DNA from: Tubiluchus corallicola
Lineage: Eukaryota > Animalia > Priapulida
Direction of reading: 5' to 3'
NCBI GenBank assembly: GCA_030141605.1
Contig: JAQGDQ010000189.1
Coordinates: 310,001 to 374,000 of the forward strand
Length of the DNA: 64,000 bases
How positions within the stretch are numbered: position 1 is the stretch's first letter; each line of letters opens with the position of its first letter. The translations under genes and the position numbers were made by a program. Under the pieces are notes generated by a model that did no database searches, was not told the origin of the DNA, and saw only the letters and a list, made by a program, of their open reading frames with translations. Positions 24,892 through 64,000 of this stretch are shown here, in pieces.

Positions 24892-27425
24892 AGAAGAAAA
24901 AAGTGCTGGTACGTTTAGAAACTCCTCCTGAGGGGTTATTTACATTGGAACGGAATCCTCCTGTTAATTAATTTGATTTGATGTTTATTTTTAATTTAAA
25001 TTCTTGTTGATATTTATTTGTTAATGTCTCACAGACCTATTACGGGCCTTGTGGTTGTTATTAGAAAAATTAGCAGAGACTTAGGCCATTGTAGAGAATA
25101 GTGATAGACAGACAAATATACTTACAAGTAAATAGGTTTGCATGTGAACAAACAACAACTAAGCAAATAAACAGTAACCAAGCACACAAACAAACAACTA
25201 AACAAGTAGGCAGATAACCAACCACATAAACAAAGAACTAACAACTAAAAAATTAACCAAGCAAACGACTAAACAAGTAAGCAAATAACTAAACCTACAA
25301 GCAAACAACTAAACTAGTAAGCAAATAACCAAGCACACAAACAAACAAATGAACAAATAAGCAATTAACCAAGCACACAAACAAACAACTAGACAAGTAA
25401 GCAACTAAATAAGCACACAATAAATAAATAAACAAGTAAGCAAATAGCCAAGCACACAAACAAACAACTAAACAAGTAAGCAAATAACCAAGCACAAACA
25501 AACTACCAACTAAACAAATAAGCAAATAACCAAGCACACTAACAAACAACTAAACAAATAAGCAAATAACCAAGCACACGACAAACAACTAAGCAAGTAA
25601 GCAAATAACCAAGCACACAAACAAACAACTAAACAAGTAAGCTAATAACCAAGCACACAAATAAACAAGTAAGCAAATAACCAAGCACATGCAAACTGAC
25701 AAACAAATAAACAAGTAAAGATATTGTTGTAATGAATTTGCTGTAAAGATATTTTTGAAACTGAACTGTATTTTTTGCTTGTTCTTTGCATGATTATTTT
25801 CAATAAACTTTCTTTACTTTCATATTGCTTCAACTGCTCCATGTAACTGGTATGCATGTAGAAGTCTGAGGTGAATAGCTTAGTGGTCAAGGTGCTTGCT
25901 TATCGACCTTAGTTAAGCAACGGTAGGCTGTTTAGTCAATAGACGGATCATCACTTGATATTTGCTCTAGTTCACGGTGCTCATTATGGGTGTTGACCTC
26001 GTAGAGAGAGGACATATTCACACCTAACTGTGGCTATCACATGTTCCGGTACAGCCACACACACGTATTGAGGCTCTACCATTGAGTGCTAAGTTCGAGT
26101 TTATAGAGTCACTCACTATGGAAGAAAATGAATGCAATATTGAAACATTTGTGGGCTAAAGTTTACAATTCTACACAAACAAAAAATTAGTTCGTGAAGC
26201 GGATTAGGGTGAGGGATAAGGATAGGGCTAGTATTAGGGTTAGGATTAGGGTGAGGCATAGGGATAGGGTTAGGATTAGGATGAGGCATAGGGATAGGGT
26301 TAGGATTAGGGTGAGGGATAAGGATAGGTTTAGGATTAGGATACCTATCTAGGTTTAGATACGCGAACATCCTACATAGTCTTCACTTATAATGCAAAGC
26401 CAGCAGCAGCAGTTGAATTAAAGTTAAAAGGTTATAGGCAGAGTAAAATGGATTGCGTCAGAACAATGGCTTTGCATCAGCAGTTTTCCAAGGGAAAATT
26501 GCCAAAAATAGAACATCTAATTAACTCGTCGGCACTCCTCTTGGTTGAGGTGTCCTATAACATAGCCCACACCATCGTGCAGCCCTGTTCCTCCTCTTTC
26601 TAAAGAGCTATATATCTTCTTCCGAGAGTCTCAGCAGGCGGCCCTAGAACATTTTTTCTGCAGGCTGTTTGGCCAAAATTTTGAAAAAATGGCGAGTTGG
26701 GTCCGGGAAAACGCCCGTTACAGGACGCCGTGGCCCTCTCGCAAATTCTAAATACACCTATGACATTCGCCATTGAACGGGCTATCTATCCATGGCCAGC
26801 ACCATCCATGGCCTGTTCCCGTTCTTCAGACGTATAAATTTTGCAAAAAACGGCCGAAAAATGGCCATTTTTGGAGGTTTTTCGCCCCCGTTCCACCTGG
26901 TAGGCCTGATTCGAAAAATAAACCCCCAACGGCACGACACTAGATCGAGACCTTTCATTTGACGTATCGATCGCCGCAAATGGTGCCGCCGTCGAAGCTG
27001 TAGCCTCGAATCTTATATATATATATATATGTATAACATACCAGCGAAATTAATATATACGATTAAGTGATAAAAGATTTTTAGTCAGAACCGTAGTTAC
27101 TGAATCATATAAGAAATTAGTTCAAGCTTAAGAGACAATAGGTTCTTTTGAACCAAGACCAGGACAATTCAGTAAGCATGACAAGCCTGGGAACTTCCTG
27201 CAGACAATGAAGACGGTTTTAGCATTGTCTTCAAATTTAATTCCATGACAAAATCAGTTCCACAATAATTCTAACTACTCTGTACTGGGGTAACCACCGT
27301 AAAAAGAGAAAAACTTGTGGTATTATGAATTCAGAATTCCACAGTCTGTAAAGCCGCTAAAAGACAGCAGATGGTGATTTGATACTTTTATGGCTACATA
27401 TTGTTGTGCAACATCTCATGCAATA

Positions 27426-30400
27426 ATGTGGTTTTTGCTAACCCGTAGACACGATTCTAAATCTCGTGCATTATGCTGGTTAAACTTTGTCTTATTTTTC
27501 GTTGAAACGTGCGGATTTCGAATATCCTACCCAAACAATTCTGGTCAAACTTCGCCAAGCGTTTGTAACTTCACTCGTCCAGTCAATAGTTCTCAAACAA
27601 AGTTTGAAATTGACACAGGAACATTCTCAGGTTATGATTCAGCTGAAACGATTTGCAAGGAAGACTACATCGAGCATTACTTAATGAAACAGTCTGAAAT
27701 CAACTTAGAGTCTATAAGATATGTAACGTGGAACGAACTGAAGGACTGTGGCATCGAAATAAAGGATTCCACAGAAAAACCGACTGGAAAAAGAATTTGC
27801 CTTGCAGCGATTTTTGACAATAATGAGAAACGTGCACGCTGTGACATTGTATCAGTCAGCTTAAAAGTGTTTGAAAACATCAGTCCTGTTTATCAGAAAA
27901 GCTCAGCTCCTAAATGGCAATATATGAGGACAAACAGAATAACAAAGAGGATAAAACGAGCCAAAAAATACAACCCCCCGCTGGTGCTTTATTGTACATA
28001 CTATAAAGACTGCATAGCGACCTGTAAACGTAATTGTAGTGGGAGGGAGAATAGAAATGAGTGTGAAAGTGTGTGCCCGCAAGAATGTGCCAGACACAAT
28101 CATGAGATGGGTGCTAAGTGTCGATGCAAGTGTGAGCATACGTGTAATACTAAAGAGCAAACCTGCATAGAAATATGTAAGACAAACGAAGAGTGTAAAA
28201 ATGACTGCAAGCATGCAAATGAGGTGTGTAAGAATGATTGTAAAAATCTTCATTGTGTTTGTGTAAAAAAGCTCGTCCGTGAATACGAACCTAACTGTGC
28301 TAGTATAACAGACGAGAATAATCGCACTGAATGCGAAAGGGATCGCGAGAGATACAGTGAACACAAATGCAGGATAATAAGTCGTTGCTTGCATAACAGA
28401 ATTAAACATTGTGATTCTATCTGCACAGGCCGGTGTGCAGCAGAGGAAAATCAGAATATGTGTGTACCAGATTGCAAAAAGACTTGTAGAGAAAAACATG
28501 AATGTTTCTGCTATTGTGTTGATCAGTGCATCGGCTATATCAAATGTATCGAAGAACGGAAATGTAGAAAAAATTGCAGAGAAAGCTGTCAGCCTCTTCC
28601 GCTGCCGACGACAACCTCAGCACCAGAAATAACAACGAATACTTCAGTGACAAGGACAAAAACAACAACAACAACTGTGATAACAACATCACCTACAACA
28701 GTCACGCCTACATCAGTTGACGAATGTGTATCAGAATGTGAAAGTTTGTGTGATGCTACTATAGATCCAGAACTGTGCAAGACCAAATGCGTTGCAATAT
28801 GTAAAGCCAAAATACCTAAGACAACGCATACCAGACGACGTCGGCGGCATTCGCCATTTAGAGACTACAACTATTGTCAATCAACATGCGAGAAGAAATG
28901 TTGGGAGAAAGGCAGGATTGACTCAGAGTGCAGAGATAAATGTGAAATAGAATGCAGGAACTGGAATAACACATTTCCTACTTTAATGAAGTTCTCATTT
29001 GTTGACTTGAGTTACAGTGAAGCAGAAAAGGACATATTCGGTTTTGAAAGGGATTACACGATGTTCCACTACAATGTTAGCATCAGCGCTGTTTCTCGGA
29101 AAAACTCAGCTCCTAAATCGCAAACTGCAAGGACAAAGAGGGTAAAACGACGTCATAAAAGATCAGCCAAACCAGCCAACAACAAAAAATACAACCCCCC
29201 GCTGGTGCTCCGAAATTGTACTTACTATAAAGACTGCATAGCGGCCTGTAAACGTAATTGTAGTGGGAGGGAGAATAAAAACGAGTGTGAAAGTGTGTGC
29301 CCGCAAGAATGTGCCCTACACAATCATGAGATGGGTGCTAAGTGTCGATGCAGGTGTGAGCGCAAGTGTAATACTAAACAGCAAGCCTGCATAGAAATAT
29401 GTAAGACAAACGAAGAGTGTAAAAATGACTGCAAGCATGCAAATGAGGTGTGTAAGAATGATTGTAAAAATCTTCATTGTGTTTGTGTATTAAAGCTCGT
29501 GCGTGAATACAAACCTAACTGTCCTAGTATAACAGACGAGAATAATCGCACTGAATGCGAAAGGGATCGCGAGAGATACAGTGAGCGCAACTGCGGGAAA
29601 ATAAGTCGTTGCTTGCAGCACAGAATTAAATATTGTGATTCTATCTGCGCAGGCCGGTGTGCAGCAGAGGAAAATCAGAATATGTGTGTACCAGATTGCA
29701 AAAAGACTTGTAGAGAAAAACATGAATGTTTCTGCTATTGTTTTGGTCCGTGCCTCAATGATATCCCATGTAGCGAAGAACGGAAATGTAGAAAAAATTG
29801 CACACAACACTGTCAGCCTTTTCCGCTGCCGGTGACAACCTCAGCACCAGAAATAACAACGATGACTTCAATGACAAGGACAAAAACAACAACAACAACT
29901 GTGACAACAACATCACCTACAACAGTCACACCTACGTCAGTTGACGAATGTGTATCAGAATGTGAAAGTTTGTGTGATGCTACTATAGATCCAGAACTGT
30001 GCAAGACCAAATGCGTTGCAATATGTAAAGCCAAAATACCGAAGACAACGCATACCAGACGACGTCGGCGGCATTCGCCATTTAGAGACTACAACTATTG
30101 TCAGTCAACGTGCGAAAAAAACTGCAGTTTAAAAGATGGAATTGACTCAGAGTGTAGAGATAAATGTGACATAGAATGCAGGCAGTGGAATAACACATTT
30201 CCTACCTTAATGAAATTCTCATTTGTTGACTTGAATTACAGTGATGCAGAAAAGGACGTATTCGGTTCTGAAAGCGATTCGTACACCGTGTTCCACTACA
30301 ATGCGAATTTCACGTTTTATTCAGCGGTGCCTGCAGGCGGGGTACTCGTGTGCCCTTTGAAAGACTGGCAGGACAATTATCGTCTCGTTATGCAAATTCA

Positions 30401-30560
30401 GAAATGCAACTGCACACCTATAGATCCACCAATGAATGGTTGGCCTAACAGAGGACAAGAAAAATACAAAAAAGAACTAAAGAAGAAAAAAGTCCTGGTA
30501 CATTTAGAAACTCCTCCCGAGGGGTTATTTACATTGGAACAGAATCCTCCTGTTAATTAA
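27426..30560 (+). CDS. Secreted Cys-rich helical-hairpin repeat protein, copy E (1044 aa from the conserved ATG, two modules)
   Basis: Intact ORF; the upstream ATG at 27390 is ACG or AAG in the other copies, so 27426 (MWFLL) is the conserved start. Confidence 0.92.
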   Translation: MWFLLTRRHDSKSRALCWLNFVLFFVETCGFRISYPNNSGQTSPSVCNFTRPVNSSQTKFEIDTGTFSGYDSAETICKEDYIEHYLMKQSEINLESIRYVTWNELKDCGIEIKDSTEKPTGKRICLAAIFDNNEKRARCDIVSVSLKVFENISPVYQKSSAPKWQYMRTNRITKRIKRAKKYNPPLVLYCTYYKDCIATCKRNCSGRENRNECESVCPQECARHNHEMGAKCRCKCEHTCNTKEQTCIEICKTNEECKNDCKHANEVCKNDCKNLHCVCVKKLVREYEPNCASITDENNRTECERDRERYSEHKCRIISRCLHNRIKHCDSICTGRCAAEENQNMCVPDCKKTCREKHECFCYCVDQCIGYIKCIEERKCRKNCRESCQPLPLPTTTSAPEITTNTSVTRTKTTTTTVITTSPTTVTPTSVDECVSECESLCDATIDPELCKTKCVAICKAKIPKTTHTRRRRRHSPFRDYNYCQSTCEKKCWEKGRIDSECRDKCEIECRNWNNTFPTLMKFSFVDLSYSEAEKDIFGFERDYTMFHYNVSISAVSRKNSAPKSQTARTKRVKRRHKRSAKPANNKKYNPPLVLRNCTYYKDCIAACKRNCSGRENKNECESVCPQECALHNHEMGAKCRCRCERKCNTKQQACIEICKTNEECKNDCKHANEVCKNDCKNLHCVCVLKLVREYKPNCPSITDENNRTECERDRERYSERNCGKISRCLQHRIKYCDSICAGRCAAEENQNMCVPDCKKTCREKHECFCYCFGPCLNDIPCSEERKCRKNCTQHCQPFPLPVTTSAPEITTMTSMTRTKTTTTTVTTTSPTTVTPTSVDECVSECESLCDATIDPELCKTKCVAICKAKIPKTTHTRRRRRHSPFRDYNYCQSTCEKNCSLKDGIDSECRDKCDIECRQWNNTFPTLMKFSFVDLNYSDAEKDVFGSESDSYTVFHYNANFTFYSAVPAGGVLVCPLKDWQDNYRLVMQIQKCNCTPIDPPMNGWPNRGQEKYKKELKKKKVLVHLETPPEGLFTLEQNPPVN

Positions 30561-32355
30561 TTTGATTTGATGTTTATTTTTAATTTAAATTCTTGTTGAT
30601 ATTTATTTGTTAATGTGTTACAGACCTATTACGGGCCTTGTGGTTGTTAGTAGAAAAATTAGCAGAGACTTAGGCCATTGTAGAAAATAGTGATAGACAA
30701 ACAAATATACTTACAAGTAAATAGGTATTCATGTGAACAAACAACAACTAAACAAATAAACAGTAACCAAGCACACAAACAAACAACTAAACAAGTAGGC
30801 AGATAACCAACCACATAAACAAAGAACTAACAAGTAACCAATTAACCAAGCAAACAACTAAACAAGTAAGCAAATAACCAAGCACACAAACAAACAAATG
30901 AACAAGTAAGCAATTAACCAAGCATACAAACAAACAACTAGACAAGTAAGCAAATAACCAAGCTCAAAATAAATAAATAAACAAGTAAAGCAAATAACCA
31001 AGCACATGACAAACAAATAAACAAGTAAGCAAATAACCAAGCACACAAGCAAACAACTAAACAAGTAAGCAAATTACCAAGCACACAAGCATACAACTAA
31101 ACAAGTAAGTAAATAGCCAAGCACACTAACAAACAGCTAAACAGGTAAGCAATTTACCAAGCACACAAATAAACAAGTAAGCAAATAACCAAGCACACAA
31201 GCAAACAAATAAACAAGTAAGCAAATAACCAAGCACACAAGCAAACAAATAAACAAGTAAGCAAATAGCCAAGCACACAAGCAAACAAATAAACAAGTAA
31301 GCAAATAGCCAAGCACACAAGCAAACAACTAAACAAGTAAGCAAATAACGAAGCACACAACAAACAAATAAACAAGTAAAGATATTGTTGTAATGAATTT
31401 GCTGTAAAGATATTTTTGCAACTGAACTGTATTTTTTGCTTGTTCTCTGTATGATTAGTTTCAATAAATTTTCTTTACTTTCATAGTGCTTCAACTGCTC
31501 CATGTAACTGGTATGCGTGTAGAAGTCTGAGGTGAATAGCTTAGTGGTCAAGGTGCTTGCTTATCGACCTTAATTAAGCAACGGTAGGCTGTTTAGTCAA
31601 GAGACAGATGATCACTTGATATTTGCTCTATGCAGTTTTGTTCACGGTGCTCATTATGGGTGTTGACCTCGTACAGGGAGGACATATTCACACCTAACTG
31701 TAGCTATGACACGTCCTGGTACTGCCACAGACGTATTGAGGCTCTACCATTGAGTGCTAAGTTCGAGTTTATAGAGAATCACTAACTATGGAAGAAAATA
31801 AATACAATATTGAAAAATTTGTGGGCTAAAGTTTACAATTCTACACAAACAAAAAATTAGTGCCTGAAGCGGATTCGGGTGAGGGATAAGGATGGGGTTA
31901 GTATTAGGATTAGGGTGAGGGATAAGGATAGGGTTAGGATTAGGGTGAGGGATAAGGATAGGATTAGGGTTGGGATTAGGGTGAGGGATAAGGATAGGGT
32001 TACAATTAGGATTAGGGTGAAGGTTAAGGATAGGATAGGGTTAGGATTAGGATTAGGGTGAGGGATAAGGATAGGGTTAGCATTAGGGTGAGGGATAAGG
32101 ATAGGGTTAGGATTAGGATTAGGATGAGGATAAGGATAGGGTTAGGATTAGCATTAGGATAGGGTTAGGATTAGGGTGAGGGATAAGGATAGGGTTAGGA
32201 TTAGGGTGAAGGTATTTTAATTACGCGAGGAATTGCAAACTCCTTCCCTTTTATACCAGAGATAAAATGAGGCTGACGAGAATTATGGAAATAAAGTAAC
32301 ATAATAGTTTGATATATTTCCAATGCATAATATTTACGGGACACCCTTAGTTTAA

Positions 32356-32792
32356 TGTGGCTGAGCAATCCGATCCTTGAACCGGATTGAACTGGAGCGG
32401 CTTCTCCAGGGCGCACGCCTGGGCAAGGTGTATGGAGATAAAGAGTTGCCCAGATAACAGAGAACCCCCTGTATTCCTCCCTGGTGTAGTCCAAAGGAAA
32501 GTGATACGTTTGGCACCAGGTTGGCTGCAGGAGTTGCCGTAGTCAGTGAGCATGCTGCGCTGGTCCGCCTTCGGGGCTCCACTCCTGATTTGGAAGGTTA
32601 ACTCCTCTACACATGGCTGTTGGGTCACTTGACCTCCTCCGCCCTCTAGCCGTGGGCTCCTTGTGCAGCGCCTCCGCCTAGTGGTGAGATACAGTGTGGG
32701 CACCCGCAAGCCTACAGCACCTGGTATTCCTAGGCGGTCATCCATCCAAGTACTAACCAGGCTCTACGTTGCTTAACTTCAGTGTCCAGACG
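32356..32792 (-). mobile_element. 5S rRNA-derived SINE (SINE3-type), 3'-truncated copy
   Basis: 32708-32792 is the reverse complement of roughly nt 36-120 of metazoan 5S rRNA (CCTGGTTAGTACTTGGATGG...GAATACCAGGTGCTGTAGGCTT); the body matches 50523-51015. Confidence 0.85.
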
Positions 32793-32842
32793 ATATATAT
32801 TATAAAATATTAAACCAGGCAAAACGTATTTGCAGCGTGTAT

Positions 32843-33330
32843 TAGGTCAAAACAATCTACTCTTTGAAATATTGAAAGAGAACGCACTATCTTTTCAAAA
32901 AGAACTTATGTGAAAGAATTATTACCACACAAACACAATTTCATGTTCGCGCCACTAGTTCTTCCCTCTTATTTGTATTTCGGAAATGCGTTTCACCAAA
33001 ACAGGTGCTGTACCTTACAGTTCAGATGTGTTAATTTATGACAAACTACTTATGTTCGACAGCTCATACGTGATCACAGCGGCAAATTTGAAATTTGAAA
33101 TTCCATCTTAAAACTTGTCTAGTTTTGTTAGTACAACGTGCTGAATATTTTACAGTTGCATTGTATTTCATTTTTTGCTTTCGCAAACACGTGCAACACG
33201 CCCGAGGAATATTTTTGCTGTTGAAAATTGTTAGTTTGTGATGTCATCAATAGTTGAGCTCGCTCGCCGTTAATGAAGATTTTAATTATCAGAAACGTTT
33301 TTGCAGTATTAATTGTGTTAAAATGTATTA
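32843..33330 (-). mobile_element. Kolobok-like MITE family 2, inverted, truncated
   Basis: Reverse complement of ~6220-6700, sharing diagnostic variants with that copy. Confidence 0.75.
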
Positions 33331-33970
33331 ACATTTTTTGCAACATAGAAGTAAACCTAAACTCCTAAAAGGGCTGGCCTCTCTTTTAAGAAGTGAGCAT
33401 ACTTGTCTAAAGAAGCCCAGGTATGGAGAGAAATGAAGAAAGAATACGAAAAATCACTGAAGGTATAGACAACAAGACAGGTGAAGATAGACAGACAGAC
33501 AGACAGACACAGAGCTAAAAAGAATAACGTGGCGGAAGATATTAGATTAAATCAGAGAAAAGTGAGAATGTTACAACAAATAAAAATTCAAATAAGCTTG
33601 CAAAAATCTTAATTATACCAGCTTTGAAGAAAGATCCACAAAATGTCGTGAACGAGGCAAAACAGAAGCTAATGAGAGTTTTTGTAGGAACAAATGCGTC
33701 ACTTGCGAAACATGAAACAAACGCCAACGATACAATGAAGAGAGTAGCCACTAGGGGTCGCACCCGGTCAATATGATGCCTCTTCAAAAGAACTTTTAAA
33801 GGGGCCTTGAATCACTGGTCATTATTCAGGACAATGCTGACACTGGTCATTATTCAGGACAATGCTGAAACGACAAACTCCAACTAGTCACAGGTTGTCA
33901 AGGTAACGGGTTTTCAGAAACTTGCCAGGTTTTTGGAGCCTTTGGTGGTCTGGCAAACTTTAGACACATG

Positions 33971-34487
33971 CAAGGATGAGAATGACAAATTGCAAAAAAC
34001 TCTGAAACAGGCCGGGGTTTGGGGGCCCCGTAGGGCCCCCGTGGGGGATAAAGGAGCCCCTTGGAGCCAGCAACAAATTGCAATTTTGTGACCATAGAGA
34101 GCCTCTAAGTGGACTTAAAGTATCAATTACCTTGTTTCATGCATAATTTAAAATACCCAACTATCAAGGATACATGATACCTAATTGTCTCAAAAATGCC
34201 TAAGTACTGGCCGCTCCTATGCAAAAGTATATAAAAACTGTCTGCAATTGACTCAAATAACTCCACACAATTGATTCTATATTTTTATACATAGAGATAT
34301 ACACGTGGTTACACTGATGTATGTGATGTAAACAAAGTTACGGCCTGCCAGCTAGCGGTCAGTTTGTGAAATAATGTACTGGGTCCGTAAATATTTTCTC
34401 AACGAATTTACGAGATTTACAAAAATGGCACTACTGATCTTGCAAAAACTCGGAATTCCACATATCCGCGGAAAATTCTCATCCTTG
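33971..34487. mobile_element. MITE with 13-bp TIR
   Basis: CAAGGATGAGAAT ... ATTCTCATCCTTG, with cacatg on both sides. Confidence 0.6.
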
Positions 34488-34538
34488 CACATGTAACCTC
34501 AGATATACACTTACTAATACTGTTAATGATCTACATAC

Positions 34539-62393
<27,855 letters not shown>

Positions 62394-62997
62394 TAACTTG
62401 AAAATCGTGACGTAACTGGGAGAGTTCGTGACTTTTCGTAAGCTCGCGCTGCTTAAACTAATTCAAACTTCTGCAGCCTACTTAACGTTTACGCAAAAAT
62501 ACTACAAAATTAGCTATTTTTTGTAAAAACTTATTATACTTTTGACGAAGAGTGACAGTGCGCTACTTTTCTTCAAATGACGTGATTGGAAGAAGAATGG
62601 GTATTGAAAATGGGAGCACTCAAGCATGAAGTGATCGACTTTATAATGATTTTACTAATTACACGAGGCGCTTATTGCAATTTTATTACTAAATCCTTCT
62701 AACATTTTTCGCGAACACTGATATAAGTTTAACTTTCAAGAAGGGTTGCCTTTTCCTTTAATTATAAGTACATGTCGTTTATTATACAGATTTTTTAGAA
62801 CACACACCTTCACAGCTCGTGAGCCTTTGTCTGTAGTAATAATTCTTTTGATAAAAAATGCGACTTATTTTAGAAAAAAGGCATAAACTTTCAAGACAAT
62901 ATTGCAAAAAAAACTAAAAAAGAAAAATTTAAGCCAACGTAGTTTCCTCTTTTCTGCTAGGGTATAATTGTAATGGACGATGTAGTCATTATTTCCA

Positions 62998-63345
62998 ACC
63001 CAACTATTGATGACATCACAAACTAACACAACCTACAATCACAAAAATATTCCACGAGCGTGTTGCACGTGTTTGCAAAAGCGAAAATTGAATTACAGTG
63101 CAACTGTAAGATATTCGGGTTGTTGTACTAAAACTAGGTAAGCGTTAAGGTGTGTAGTTCGTCACAAACTAACATCTGAACGAGAAGTACAGCACCTTTT
63201 TTGTGCAACACTTTCTGAAATGCCCATCTAACTAGCGAATGGCGAAAACTATGTAACAGCGAAGAACTAGTGGCGCGAAGGCGAAATTGTGTTTGTGTGC
63301 TAATAATTCTTTCTCGTAAATCTTTTCGAAAAAGTAGTTTGCTTC
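62998..63345 (+). mobile_element. Kolobok-like MITE family 2, internal fragment
   Basis: caactattgatgacatcacaaactaac...gaagaactagtggcgcgaa homology. Confidence 0.72.
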
Positions 63346-64000
63346 CACTGAAGATACTATGAATTGATGAGAGTGATTTCAATCCCACCATGAACGAATT
63401 ACCGATTATTAATTTTAATGATCCCACTGCAAAACGCTTGCAATCACCATACAGCCACAGCCAAGCCGTGATGATGATGACAAAGCCCTTATGAGGTGCT
63501 GTACAGAACCGACGATGACTCATGCAAATTAATGTACTTGAGATTTTGATGATAATGTCTTTATTAAACGTGCTAACCACGGCTGGTTTAATTCACCACA
63601 AACAGCACTAGCTAAATCAATATAATCCACCATTACAAGTGTGTTAACGACGCGTTGGTTAACACGGACTATTATAAACTGTGTTCTAAATGGCTTCATT
63701 GAGGTCCTCTCTGCTACAACCGCGGGGGGTGTTTCTTCACGCTTGAGTGACTCGCGTTTTTATCTAGACGAGGATCAATGCTGACGACAGAACTCACCAA
63801 TTTATACAAATCTTTGATCGCTTTGAGATAATATCAGTAGTTAGACGTTTGGTCGTCAAGATGAATCAGGCCACCTTTGGGTGTGGTTGGAGGGTGGGGT
63901 GGGGGTCTTTTAGTGTGCTAAAAGAAGCGGTTAGCCTGCAGAAAAGCAAAAACAGCAAAAGAGTCAATGAAACAAGGTGTTTTATTATAGAAAATGGTTT

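Noticed and set aside
27903-28499. Antisense and alternate-frame ORFs over the Cys-rich genes
   Set aside because: Shadows of the main CDS; lengths are not conserved among paralogues.
31872-32210. Telomere or interstitial telomeric array
   Set aside because: Highly degenerate and embedded in the same flanks at several sites; part of a dispersed or duplicated element.
32708-32792. 5S rRNA gene (also 50932-51015)
   Set aside because: Lacks the first ~35 nt and a T-run terminator, and is fused to a shared SINE body.

Overview
AT-rich, repeat-dense animal (probably invertebrate) genomic DNA; not prokaryotic. Two gene systems stand out. (1) A minus-strand, multi-exon SASH1/SKIP-like gene: nine GT-AG exons with mutually compatible phases from 62393 down to 34539. 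Its SH3/SAM exons are not in the window and presumably lie left of position 1. A further ATG exon at 3236-3304 may be an alternative first exon. (2) A ~25 kb cluster (about 7.5-32.8 kb), probably inside an intron of that gene, holding five paralogues of an intronless, secreted-type, very Cys-rich protein I cannot assign to a known family. Two copies are on the minus strand and three on the plus strand, one of them a pseudogene. Each protein is a string of C-x3-C-x3-C-x(8-11)-C-x3-C-x3-C units (predicted disulfide-stapled helical hairpins, vanabin-like spacing), with Thr-rich stalks and polybasic furin-type linkers. Module number varies between copies, there is patchy gene conversion, and one loop is hypervariable. 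The rest is TTAA-flanked Kolobok-like MITEs, hAT- and pogo-like MITEs, two 5S-rRNA-headed SINEs, LINE remnants and many mini/microsatellites. Coordinates were read by eye, and repeat boundaries are approximate.
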